A program made the translations under genes and the position numbers. Below the pieces are notes generated by a model. It ran no database searches, was not told the origin of the DNA, and saw only the letters and a list, made by a program, of their open reading frames with translations. Positions 51,011 to 64,000 of a stretch of DNA of 64,000 nucleotides are shown here, piece by piece; the first letter of the stretch is position 1, and each line of letters begins with the position of its first letter. Origin of the DNA: Podarcis bocagei (Eukaryota); NCBI GenBank assembly GCA_964188305.1, contig OZ076885.1; one strand, 5' to 3'.

Positions 51011-54000
51011 TTTGAGTACATCTGGCACTATTTAGCAAGCCTTCAGGAAAATTATGTGCAGAGGTTCATGTCATTTCAGTTGGTGTAGCTATTGTTTTAT
51101 GTCTTCAAGTAGCTTATTTGCTGTTGTCTTCACCCCTCCCTATTCCATGGAAGCCCTGTCTGCCTGCCTGACCTAAGAACAGCTCTACTAGATCAAGCCA
51201 AAGGTCCATCTAGTCCAGCATTCTTTTCTCACAGGGGACAACCAGATGTTTACAAGAAACCCACAAGCAGGACCTGAGAGCAACTGCATTCCCCCCACTT
51301 TCTCAGTAACTAGTATTCAGACAAGTACAAGTTCTAATACTGCCTGACTTGCTTCCCTGCCTCCTCATCAGTCTTGGAGAACTGGAATCATATCAGACTG
51401 CTGTATGAAGATCTCATTGTATTGAGCTGTAAATAGCGATTTATGAGATAAATCCTATATATGTAGCCAGAACTCCAATATATGTAGCTTTGCCTTGGGC
51501 TTTGTTCCTGGTTTATGCTTTGGCTCACAATACTTGCCAATGTGCAGTTTATAGGGTGCTAGAAACAGCACAGTGCAATGGACCTGCTGCAAAGCCACTG
51601 CCTTGCCCAACTTTCCAGATGCCAATGTATAATTCGGCAGTGCCATCTGCTACAGCTTCGAACTTTATTCTGTTTGCCAATACAAATAATGTTTTGGTGT
51701 CCAGAAACCTTCACATAGTATCTTTCATAAGAAGACCATTTCCAATAGGTTTTTGCCATGGTCTTTTTTCCCTGCCACTTTTTAAATAGTTTGCAAAATA
51801 GCACAATAATAGTTTTCATGTGCTTTGATCAGGAACTCACAAAACCCACCCACCTGCTTACCACAGGTGGGCATTCCTGGAACTTTGGCAAGAAGGATGC
51901 CCAAGAGCCTAAATACACTCCTCAGAGTTCTCACTTGCGCTGCCATTTGGATGAGATAAGAAAAAAATGTCTCTCTCTGGCTGTTCCCCCCCCCCCCGCT
52001 TCCTTACCCATACTGCAGTGCAGATAAAGAAAAATTCATGCTTCTCTTTCAAGCCCTGCCTGCACCAGTGAGGAAAGTGTATGTGTGTTGGGGATGTCTT
52101 ATCTCATTTGCAGTAATGTTTTGAGAATATAAACTGCCTTTTTTGCTTTCTCCAAACTGCAACGCAAATGAGAAGCAAAACTTACTTCTTCTTTGAACAA
52201 GTACAGAGAGCTTGGAAGACAGGTGCAATGAGATTTGGATAAGTAAGGCAAAGTCTCTCCCACCATTTCTTGCCTTTCTAGACACCAGTACAAATGAGGC
52301 AGATTTCTGCATTTCCCACAACCCCACTGTGCATGACTGAGAATACAGATGAGGGGAAGGGGCCAGTGGAAGCCAAAATAGAGGCTGGGTAGAAAGTCAA
52401 GTTAATATTTGTGGGTTCCAAGTCCTTTGCTGCCTGGTTTTGTAGACAGAGGTCAAGGTCATATTACTGCAGATATTTTGGCTGATTCATACATAAGAAT
52501 TGGCTCATTTGGGTAGTTAAGAGCTTACACGAGCGGTCTACTCATGTTATCAGTGAAACATGGTACAGCGCTCATGAGGTACTATCTGTAGGTTCTCCCA
52601 GAAAAAAGAAGCAAAATCCCTATTGCTTCAGTACTGTATGAACAACAGGGAAGGGGTGCAGCTAAGCAGTAGAACATATGCATTGCATGCAGGATATCTC
52701 AGGTTCAATTTGTGATTAACAGAATCTCAGTATAAGGCACGTTCATATCCTCATAATATCTGCCATATCTGTCACCATTGTAAACGAGCCCCATTCCCTA
52801 TACTGTGTCATACCATCATATTTAGATTAAACCAATTACCTTTTTAACAGGGGAAGATAGTTATCAATGGTACTAGCACAGATGAGAAAGAGTTAAAAAC
52901 CACAGAAGCTCTAACAAGGTTTTGTGGAATAGATGCCTCTTCAGTAGCTACAGTCATGCAGTGAATCTCCAGACCACAAAAATGTACCACAATAAATTTG
53001 TTAGCCTTTAAGTTTCATGAGACTCTTGGAAGTTTTTCCTGGAACAAACTAACATAGCTACCCCCTCTGGAATAGAATACTCTGAAGGTGATGATTAACA
53101 AGGTCACAGCATCTAAACTTGCATATTCTCAAATTTTAATCAAAATGAAGCAGGGAATTTGAGCAGAACAGGAGATGAGTTTCAACAGAAAATGTACAAT
53201 GAATGCATATGTAAGACAAAAAGGGAGAGGAATATAAAGTGTGTGCATGTGATAGGGCGCAGGCGGAAATAATTAATTCACTTCAGGTTCCAGTTTTAAA
53301 TAATGCAAACTTCAAAACGTTAAAACTGAGTCATCTGCTCTCAAAATGGTATTTCAAAAATGCAGCTGGGATTGACCATAATGAAATCAACACAATCAAA
53401 GGAAAGGTTGGATTTATGAGCTCTGAAATCAAACTGATCAAGTTCAATATCTTGAAATGGCAACCAAAAATGGCAGGTCATAAGCAGGCAGTACTCTGGA
53501 GCTCTTATTCCTTATAGAAGCCCCAAGGGGTAGAAAGTAAATCAATGATGCTGGAACATTGTAGCTCAAAAGAGAGATTGCTAATTTGTAGCCCACTGGC
53601 CAGAACTGGCTCTTAAAGCAATTGTATATAGTCCCTGGTGATCCTAACAAGGTGTGGGAAAGTTTGTCCATAGTTTCATTCATAAAAAATTGGAAACAAT
53701 CTTTTCCTGTTCTAAGAGATGGAGATAATCCACATTTTAATATTACATCCCTCTCTGTATTTTGTTTTTTAATGAAATGCACCAGTTGTACCTGTGCCCC
53801 ATAACTGGGATGCTCTTAATGCCAAGAGACTGCAGCTTTATTAAGTAAGATCACTTTGCACAGAAAAATACACTTCTGGCCCTCAGACCACCCACTGGAT
53901 AATAATAAGTCTTCAATAAAAAAAAGAAATTGGCCATATCCCCTGACAAATGTATTGAAATGTAGCTTATAATAAGGGATAGGTTTTAAATAATGAGACT

Positions 54001-54497
54001 ACAGGTGACTGAAGTGATCAAAATCCCTATACACAGAATTATTTGATGTTTTCCAAGGCAGTTCTGGTAGAACACGTAAGTAGTTGTATAGCATACAAAT
54101 CAGCCTGCTGAACTACTTATAAAATCTGATAATGTGCAAATCACAGAGTAGCCTGGCAGTAAAGATAACACTTTAAAATGTTGAAATAAATTATTACATA
54201 AAAGGAAGAAAATGCCACTGTGAAACACACAAACAACCAAATCATCAGGAAGGTAAGCCTATAGTAGCTTATAGCCCTATATGAACTTTGAGAATTAATT
54301 TAGTCATTCTGAGTTGACTTTTAAAGGATGGTGTTAGTTCACAAGGATCTCTGGTAGTATAATAATGCAGGACTTATAAAGAGCTTTCTTGCAAATTTAA
54401 ATATCCCCCAAATAAGTCACATATATCTGAATGAAAGACTTGCTTGCAAGGCAGGATTCTGGACTGCTGTCCTTGGTGCTGAAATATAGACTTTGAC

Positions 54498-55660
54498 AGA
54501 ATCATAGAATCATAGAATCATAGAATCATAGAGTTGGAAGAGACCACAAGGGCCATCGAGTCCAACCCCCTGCCAAGCAGGAAACACCATCAGAGCACTC
54601 CTGACATATGGTTGTCAAGCCTCTGCTTAAAGACCTCCAAAGTAGGAGACTCCACCACACTCCTTGGCAGCAAATTCCACTGTCGAACAGCTCTTACTGT
54701 CAGGAAGTTCTTCCTAATGTTTAGGTGGAATCTTCTTTCTTGTAGTTTGGATCCATTGCTCCGTGTCCGCTTCTCTGGAGCAGCAGAAAACAACCTTTCT
54801 CCCTCCTCTATGTGACATCCTTTTATATATTTGAACATGGCTATCATATCACCCCTTAACCTCCTCTTCTCCAGGCTAAACATGCCCAGCTCCCTTAGCC
54901 GTTCCTCATAAGGCATCGTTTCCAGGCCTTTGACCATTTTGGTTGCCCTCCTCTGGACACGTTCCAGTTTGTCAGTGTCCTTCTTGAATTGTGGTGCCCA
55001 GAACTGGACACAGTACTCCAGGTGTGGTCTGACCAGAGCAGAATACAGTGGCACTATTACTTCCCTTGATCTAGATGCTATACTCCTATTGATGCAGCCC
55101 AGAATTGCATTGGCTTTTTTAGCTGCCGCGTCACACTGTTGGCTCATGTCAAGTTTGTGGTCAACCAAGACTCCTAGATCCTTTTCACATGTACTGCTCT
55201 CAAGCCAGGTGTCACCCATCTTGTATTTGTGCCTCTCATTTTTTTTGCCCAAGTGCAATACTTTACATTTCTCCCTGTTAAAATTCATTTTGTTTGTTTT
55301 TGCCCAGTTCTCTAATCTGTCAAGGTCGTTTTGAAGTGTGATCCTGTCCTCTGGGGTGTTAGCCACCCCTCCCAGTTTGGTGTCATCTGCAAATTTGATC
55401 AGGATGCCCTTGAGTCCATCATCCAAGTCGTTGATAAAGATGTTAAATAAGACCGGGCCCAAGACAGAACCCTGTGGCACCCCACTAGTCACTCTTCTCC
55501 AGGATGAAGAGGAACCATTGATGAGCACCCTTTGGGTTCGGTCAGTCAGCCAGTTACAAATCCACTGAGTGGTAGCAGAGTCAAGACCGCATTTTACCAG
55601 CTTCTTTACAAGAATATCATGGGGCACCTTGTCAAATGCCTTACTGAAATCAAGATGTAT
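54498..55660 (-). mobile_element. Young 5'-truncated CR1 LINE (RT and ORF2 C-terminus, 3' UTR, (ATTCTATG)n tail)
   Basis: Uninterrupted frame [10 protein letters not shown]...[20 protein letters not shown]...KFADDTKL...[11 protein letters not shown]...VFKQRLD, stop at 54590. Octamer tail at 54498-54531. Confidence 0.97.
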
Positions 55661-55967
55661 CACTGCTCTTAATTTTGGATTTAATAGCATGCAGATGGCT
55701 TTCAAGAGCAACTTTACTTCTCTATCAGACTAGTTCATGTTTTAAGCTTAATTTATGCCACTTGAACATCTTAAGGTTAAAAGAAAGTTATAAGATCCAC
55801 TATGCTTGCAAGATGGGTTCCAAAATTTAGCAAGGTATTTTCTGAACTGCTAAACTAGAATAAAGTTTAGTAGATTGCCTGGCAGCAGTGTATGGTATTA
55901 AGTATGCAAGTCCAGACAGCCTCACAACACTACAAAGTAGATAGTGAACCAGGGATCAGGAAGATGC

Positions 55968-56385
55968 ATCATAGAATGGTAGAGTAGGAAAGGACCTTCA
56001 AGGCAGGGTCACCTAGTTCAACCCCCAGCAATGAAGGAATCTCAACCAGATCATACATGGCAAATGATCATCTAACCTCTGTTCAAAAACCTCCAAGGAA
56101 GGAGAGTCCACCGCATCTCATGGGAATCCGTTCCACTGTTGAACAGCTCTTACAGCCAGAAAGTCCTTCCTGATGTTTAGTCTGAACCTCCTTTTTTGTA
56201 ACTTGATTACATTGGTTTGGGTCCTAGCCTCCGGAGCAGGAGGGAAACAAGCTTGCTCCATCTTCCATGTGATATTCCTCTAGCTATCGTATTAGCTGCA
56301 CTCCTCTGCACACATTCTAGCTTGTCAATGTCTTTCTTAAACTGTGTTGCCCAGAACTGGATACCGTACTCCAGGTGTGATCTGA
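55968..56385 (-). mobile_element. Older, internally deleted CR1 3' fragment
   Basis: RSHLEYGIQFWATQFKKDIDKLECVQR plus a 3' UTR homologous to 54498-54800. Confidence 0.85.
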
Positions 56386-56719
56386 GTGCTAGCATGTTTA
56401 ATACATACTATTCAGGAACAGAAGAGTTATTATTTGTTTAGATCCTACTTCTCGATGAAGCTGAAACTTAGGATCCAAGCCATTTATACAGTGCCATCAG
56501 TCTACATGCTGAATTGAACTGAAGTGCCTCCACTTTCAAATGTGATTTCTGTACTCATTACTGCTTACACTCCTCATAATGGTTTGCATGTATTTCAAGA
56601 TAATATAGTTCTGGCTGAGTAATAACTGGGGTTCCCCCATCTCCTGCCTGACAGGCAACCAATCTGATATCTTTAATCCCTGCCAGAGGCATGAGCATGC
56701 AGAAATAAACCAGTGCCAC

Positions 56720-56723
<4 letters not shown>

Positions 56724-56760
<37 letters not shown>
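56724..56760. repeat. (AC)n microsatellite
   Basis: Read directly. Confidence 0.95.
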
Positions 56761-56761
<1 letters not shown>

Positions 56762-59700
56762 CATTTGTTCTCTGGCTCTAGCATAACATATCATATTTTG
56801 GGAGGTACTATGAAGACTTACTTGAATGATACCCAATATGCCATTAAAGGATACTGAAGTGTTTATCTAATAATTCGCAAACTGAAGCCAAAGACTCATA
56901 ACAGCCCATATTGGATTCTGTGTTTTACCACAAAACAGCTCCATGGAAAACTAATCTGAAGGAAATAATACTAAGTGTTGGCTGCCTTCCTGTCTTCTTA
57001 CTATTTCTTTAAGTAGAGTACACCCTCTAGAAGAGTACATCTAACCCCTTTAGATGACTGGATATGTTGGAAGAAAAAAATGATTAGCTACTGCTAGGAA
57101 CAAGCAACAACGTTTTCCACCCCAAATTACTATTACTATTATTATTTATTAAATTTGTATACCCTTCATCCGAAGATCACAGGGCAGTTCACAACATAAA
57201 GAAAACACAAAACACACTTTTCTCCAAGAGTGCCTGGATCTGGTCAACAACCATCTCTCTCAGAATTCCTCATCAAAGCAAAGGATTATGTTTTAACTGA
57301 CTTTTCAAGCATTAAATGGTATGCATTCCACTACAAACACAAAAACACGCTTTCTGGATTAATGCAGATGCTTAGGATGCTGAGATATGAAATGCTCATG
57401 TGCCCCCAAGCATGAATAATATTAATAATCTCCATAAAATAAAGGTGCTGACAGCAGCTACTTTCTGCATCTTCAGTTTGTAAGATGACAAACTTCCTCT
57501 TTATCGAGAAATAGCTATAGCACATACTCTTCAAACAACATGCAGCTCATGGCAAGAGGCACTGTGGCAGCATGAGGCATTGATTGACTTGATCAATAGC
57601 AGGCTTACGAACAATAATCACACTGTAATAACTAGTAGTGGCATTTCACAAAGTAAAGACATCATCTGATTGCTTTGAAATTCACTATAAAGCTAAGAGA
57701 AGTTCAAAATAAGTTTCAAGTTGCTTTTTAATTTTCCAGGGTTTAAGAAAAAGGGAAATGACAAATAATTGCTTTGCTGTATGTGAGCAGATGCCATTAT
57801 TATGTAGCCATCTTATTTGTCACGTTTTGCACCCTACCCTTCAAGAAGCTCGGGACAGCATATATGGAGGAGTTCTCATACTACCTTCAAAGGAAGCCAG
57901 GTTAGGTAGAGTGTGACATACTCTAGGATCCTACTGAACTGCACAGAAAAGCAGGGATTTTAACCTCAGCCTAAGTAGTCCAAATTTATCACTCTGCTCA
58001 CTAGGCCTCATTGGTTATCCTCAGCTATAGATTACTGAAACACAAAATTGAGTTTGTGGGTGTGCTCTGTTCTTTCTAATACATCAGTTTTCTTTGTCCA
58101 GTGTTCTGAAATTCATTGCCTAAGGAAGCAACACACTTGCAGGATCACGAGGTTGAAGAACACTGAATAATCCTTCCTTTGCTTTTGGAAACATCTGCCA
58201 ACTTTTGATGTCTCCTGCATCACCACAGTCACAAAGAGTCTCTGGAGCATGCTCAGAAGTTGGCCAAAGCTCACTATGGGGTCCAATTATATCTGTCCAG
58301 GGCTCCCACATGTAACAGGACTTGGCTATTTTTCCTTCTGAATATGCCAGTAAATCTTTTATGCAGTTGCATTAGATGTACGTATGACAGGAAACCTTGG
58401 CAAACTGCCCATGGAGTATATATACATGACGCTTTAATCCTATTCTTGCACTGCCTCATGTACACACTGTTTACACAGATTGATAAAGGAGGCTGACTGA
58501 CACTAAATTTATAGCTTTTTATTACTTTACCCCCTCATGTTATAAATTCATGGAGCGGCTGCACTTTATTGCAATTTTATGTTTGCCAGCTTTATTTACA
58601 TACTCTCCCTTGCTGTCTGAGGAGGGGGGGGGGAGGTGGAAGGAAAGAGAGATTTTGGCAGATTTTCAATACTGTAGGGTGATCTTTGTCTAAAATGAAG
58701 TGGTATTTCCCTGATGGAAAGAGCAACCTAGGAGAAATAAATATTATATAAACTTCTCAGGGTTTCTTCAGAATAATTCATTCTTCAATAAAGCACCATT
58801 AAATAAGTATGTCTTTATAAATTAAATAAACTTATTTCCAAGCTCACAACACTGAACAGCAGTCATGGCTCTTCAGATATAAAATTTCTGTGTAGTCGCT
58901 GCTGTCAGCTATCACAACATAAGAATATGTCACGAAGCTATATTATTTACACAGCACACCTGGAAATAACATGGCCCTCTAAAGCGCTAGTACTTGCTTT
59001 TCAAAGCGGCAATGTTCCAACAATAAGCTTCTACCTCTAATTTGTTCACTGCTGCAATTAGCTGCCCATACAGCAAGCATGGGAAATGTGTGGGTGAGTT
59101 AAACCCATGGTTCAAACATCCAAAATCCCCTGCATGAAGCAGTCCTTGCCACAGCGAAGTATCAAGGTCTGAACCAGGTAATCCACTCTATTTTACTTTG
59201 GTGCACTCTCACACCAAGACACCACTCCACATGACCTCTCCTACAAAAATGGGAGAGATTACATGAGCGGTGCACCCACATTATAAGCTACCAGCACCAT
59301 TATCACTGCCTGCTGCTAGTACTAGCTCTGTTTCATTTTAATAACCAATTACATGCAAGATAAACAGGCAGAATTTTAACTAACTGAAGAATTGAACAAA
59401 CAAAAGGGAATGAATTGAGGACAGAAATGGCTGTCACTGGCTTTACCATTTGTGTTCTGGGGGCTCTGGTGTGAGGCTAGTGGTATCCTCACTGTGCAAA
59501 AGATCTTTTAGGCATGCCAGGCCTTTACCGTGCATTGGCTGCCTCTGGTGTAGCAACGGGCTACCAGCCATGAAAGCTGAGTCCATACACCTCTGCATAC
59601 CAGTTGCTAGAAACCACAGGCAATGAGAACGTTGTGCACTCATATCCTGCTTGAATGCTTCTCGTGGACATCTAGTTGGGCACTGGGAGAAGAGAATGTT

Positions 59701-60826
59701 GCACTAGGCCGGCCTTTGGCCTGATCCATCAGGGCTTTTATGATACATTAAGCAATCCCTCACTGTGCTGCTATTGCAGCTGTGAATGCATGACCCCAGT
59801 TGCCTGCAGAATCCTTTCTGGGTTGTTCAGAACTCAGAGGCAGAGGCAGTTTTAGGGCAGAGACAGAGGGCACCAAATTTTAGCAACATACTGCTGAAAT
59901 TTGAGAGACCAAAGTCCGCCACTGACAGAGGAGAATCCGTGAGAGAAGCTTCAGGGCTCCCTTCTCCATCACTAACAGCAGGAATGGGAAGTCAGGCTCC
60001 GTGAAGAGAAAAGCCAGGTATTCTGCTTCATTCAACAGTATGTGCTCCTTGAGGCAATGTAAAACCTGCAACTTCACCATAAAGAAACTGTTTCTAATTA
60101 ATGACCCCTTAAGAACCTAATGCTCAATGAATGTGAACAGTAAGTGCCTGGAGTAAGACTATACTGGGAGGGGGGGACCTTTAGAGAGCTCCATTCCTAT
60201 CACATTAACTATTTAACAGGTGAAACACAGCAAAGGGGATAGAAAGCGGTTAGCACTCTGATTTCCTTCTAATAGCTCACCTTCAGATGACTTGAAGAGT
60301 CCCCGGTGGAGCAAAACCATTTCAATACTTTGTCTGGGTCTACCAGAAAGAAATAAAAAACGTGCTGACCCTGGGTAAAGGCTACCCAACTGCTGGCAGA
60401 CATTCTCAACATAGCAGACGATAAAAGGAAGAAAATGCTTGATGGCTCGGAAACGGTGAGCGATGGCTCACCTCCATCGGGAACGGTACAGTGCATCTCC
60501 CTGTGCTGATTGTGCTGACGTGCTCATAGAAAGCAATAAACCCAGCTCTGCAGATGCTCCATTTCCTCCCCAAACTTTCAAATGTACACAGGGGTTCCAA
60601 ACATCAAGTATGTGCGTGGCTGTAACTTTCTGTGGACCCAGCACTATGTACTCTTCCTAAACACAGTGGGATTTCTCTCTCGTGGCTTCCTCACAGAGCA
60701 AGTGTGTTTCCTGTGTGGATAACTCTAAATGTCCAGCAGACACATCCTAGGTAGTTGTAGTCTACATGTTCACTACAGCAAGCTTTTGTATGTTTTTGGT
60801 TAGGTGGATAAAGTGTTATCAGTTTA

Positions 60827-60828
<2 letters not shown>

Positions 60829-60864
<36 letters not shown>
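60829..60864. repeat. (GT)18 microsatellite
   Basis: Read directly. Confidence 0.95.
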
Positions 60865-60867
<3 letters not shown>

Positions 60868-62689
60868 AAAAAAGACAAGGATGGATGGGAAGGTTGTGCA
60901 CGTGTAACTTGGCTAGTGATGGGCAGATATTGCCCACTACCCCAATTTTAATTATTGGGTCACATGTCCACTGGATACTCCCAAATTAATTAATTAAAGT
61001 CATTGATTTAAGTCAAATTAATTGACTTTCCCAAGATTAATTAGATAATGACCTCTAAGCTCTAAACATGACTAATAACATAAGATGGTTGAAGGAGCCT
61101 AAAGGCCTCCTGGCACCCTTTTTAGCATGAATGAGGATCTCCCTGCCATTAACTTTTGCACTTTTAAATGGATGGGGAGAGGGTCCAATTGGGCCAGGAA
61201 AGGCAGCAGGTTCCGGAAGGGTATTAGATGCCCCCATGCATAGGGCGACAGGGCATCATAAAAACCCAGCATTTGGTACACTATGCCTGAAGCACTTGCT
61301 TGGTTGCAGAGTGTATCATAGGACTGGGTCTTTGGTATGCACCAACCCAGCTGCAAACAGAATTGTGTGCAAGATATAGGGAGCAAGTCCATTCCATCAA
61401 GCTTTCTATCAGAAATCACTACTATATTATCAGACGAGGCATGGAGAGTCCATGGAAGCTGGAATACCTTTAGGACAGTGCTTAGGCAAGTTACATCTAA
61501 ACTTGATCTTTCACCTATCCCCATCCATACCCATTTTCATACTGTGAAACGGCTTACAGCGAATGTGCTGGCAATAACTGCTAACATAATAAATGTACTA
61601 GACTAGGGGTGGGAAACCTGCAGCCCCCCAGCTGTGTTGGACTCCAACTCCCACCAGCCCTAGCAAGTCAACGAGTGTGTGTGACAAGAATAATTGTTCA
61701 ACAACAGCTGGAGGGCCATGTGTCTTGGCAATGGGGGGGAAGTCTCTTTGGTGCAATGCCACAGGTCATGATATGTTTGGGCAGCAGTTGTACCCCCTGT
61801 TTTGGTGAAAGAAGGACCCACTAAATCAGCCCTTGTCAATGTAATTTAAGAGGCACTCCTGTTCAGGTTAATGAAGTCGAAAGCTGTGTACATTGGGGTT
61901 CACTCCCAGGAAAGGATTGCAGAATTAAACCATAGCCCTAACTTTCAGGTTGAACCGACTGCATAATGCCTTGGGGGGGGGGGAGATGGTTGCAATCCAT
62001 CTTGTTGTTTCGAGAGTGAAGTTACATTTAAAGGCAAAAGTTCAAACCACATAAAAGAAAAGAGAATAGCAGGCGAAAATGCTACTGTATGAAGAGAGTG
62101 TAATGAATTTCCTGCTTCACTGCTATTTCTACCAGTATTTTAATTCTGACACACATTTTTCTTTTTTCTTTTACTCTACAGAATAGGTCCTGTTGTTTGT
62201 TAACAAAAAGATTCTCTTCTCTATCGAAGCAGCAAGACCTTCCACTAAACAGGCACAATGATACAGCTGATGCTTGGTGGTTTGGGGCTCACAAATGGTC
62301 ATCTCCTGTGAGCTGGCAAAGAAAAGCACGGTGTACTTTCAACCTTCAGAAGATATGGAACACTTTGCTCATTCCTGGCACAGCTCATTTCTTAATCCTC
62401 AACTTATGCTGATTTTCAGGATGGAATGCTATTTGAAATGTAAACTCACCCTCCTGAAAAATGAGCAAACAGAGCATTTTCCTTATTACAGATGAGAGAG
62501 GCATCTGCCCAAACAATTAAGGCTTCTCTTTTTACACAGGGGGAAATGGATCATGCACCCACCATACAAGTGTGCTCAAGTTCTCTGGCTCTCAGTGGTC
62601 CAAAGAATACATAAGGGGCTTCCCCACCATTTCACAAACCCTTCTAAGTCACAGTACCACAGCAAACCTCACCTGTTTCCTTTTTTCTT

Positions 62690-63490
62690 TTTTGAATGAT
62701 TCATAACAATTGCTATTAATTTTTAAGTTTATGCATCTCAAAATAAACATTTTACATAATGCCATGTAACTATGGACTTCCTTCCCTTTCATGGTTCATT
62801 TTACTTATCTATCATTTCTGTATATTTTACCATAACCAATCTAATCGCTAGCCCAAATAAGACTAACTTAGCCAGCTAGCCCTGGTGATCATCTAATGTT
62901 TATTGGGTGGATTTCCACCCTAAATTGATTTCTGAATTCTGAATTTATTGTTATTCACATTTTATACTGTATTTTATGCTGTTTTTTGTTGCATCAATTA
63001 AGTGTTTGAAATTTGTTGTTAGCCGCCCTGAGCCCGGTTTTCTGAACCGGGAAGGGTGGGGTATAAATAAAAAAATATTTATTTATTTAATCATTTCTCC
63101 ATTTTACATCCTTCAAATATTTACCATACTGTTGAGTTTATCTAAATGCTACCCATGTTTTCAATTGTACACAGTTATTTTCTAAATATTCAGCAAAAAA
63201 ATTCCACTCCTCTTTGGGGAAAAAATATTCTTGCTCTCTTATTCTATATGTTAAACCTGCTGCTTCTACAAATTCTATCAGCTTAAGTTGCCAATCTTCC
63301 TTACTAGGAATCTCTTTCACTTTCCATCTTTGGGCTAGCAAAATTCAAGGCACTGTGGTTGAATACATAAATATTTTTTCTGACAACTGGGAACTTCAGA
63401 CTAACAAAAAGGCCTCAGGTTTTGGGGGAAGGTTGTTTTAAACTTTTTTTTTAACTCATGGTAGATCATTTCCCAATAGTCTTTAACCAA
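62690..63490 (-). mobile_element. L1 LINE 3' fragment interrupted by an L2 tail
   Basis: Minus-strand KPEAFLL and LAQRWKVKEIPSKEDWQLKL...EEWNFFAEYL (L1 ORF2 C-terminus), 3' UTR and poly(A)-like end near 62690. Confidence 0.8.
62847..63087 (+). mobile_element. L2-type 3' end inserted into L1
   Basis: ttgttagccgccctgag, stem-loop CCCGGTT-TTCTG-AACCGGG, aaataaa and a (TATT)n tail. Flanked by TAATC on both sides. Confidence 0.75.
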
Positions 63491-64000
63491 CCTCACTTAT
63501 TTCCCTATGATCGCTTGAGGTGCCAGGCACAGGCTTCAGATATTGGCTAGAATGTATATTAACATTATATTTTCTTAAGTGATTAGCATACCTACTATAG
63601 CAGTACAGTATGCCGATACATGGCCAACCCCGAAGTGTGGCAAGGCTGGCCAATTTACTGACAGTCCAAAGTCAGCAAAGGGCACACCATCCTAGCAGTG
63701 CCTGCATTCTCACTTTGCAGCCAGGACAATCAGAAGCAACATAAGAGAATCTTGGTTTGCATTTTGTGCCTCTTAAGAGATTAGAAGGGGGCACATACTG
63801 CGGGACTCCAAATTCCTTGAACCGGGGCTATACTGACATGTGGCTCTATAAGGTGTTATCTTTAAAGGTGTTTTTAAGTGTTATGTGAGTTGCACTGACA
63901 ATGCCAAGAAGAAGAATACATTCCTGAAAGGACCTCTGAGGAACACTGAACAAAGGTCAACACAACAGTTAGCCTCCCATCAAAGCCAATTCTTCCCAAA

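Noticed and set aside
54534-55568. Plus-strand ORFs of 76-134 aa
   Set aside because: Antisense shadows of CR1 ORF2.

Overview
Vertebrate genomic DNA, almost certainly a squamate and probably a lacertid lizard, judging by the repeats (Squam2/POMSINE-type and Squam3-type SINEs, CR1, L2, RTE, Rex1/Babar, hAT and Tigger MITEs). The whole window appears to lie inside one minus-strand gene, tetraspanin-4 (TSPAN4). Two internal coding exons are present (41317-41126, 192 nt; 25140-25066, 75 nt), both phase 0 with canonical AG/GT sites. The canonical first coding exon and the downstream exons were not found, so the flanking introns appear to exceed about 22 kb and 25 kb. The rest is intron packed with transposable elements and one 143-N assembly gap. 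The most notable items are: a solo LTR with a perfect 5-bp TSD whose U3 carries a 110-codon stop-free acidic-then-basic frame, echoed in two other LTR-like relics; a Ty1/Copia relic inside a nested hAT/Tigger cluster; a candidate in-frame alternative first exon of TSPAN4; a MITE-LINE2 chimera present twice; and a young hAT MITE carrying TTAGGG repeats. Repeat family names come from recognising motifs, not from a database search. No CRISPR, rRNA or genuine tRNA genes were seen.
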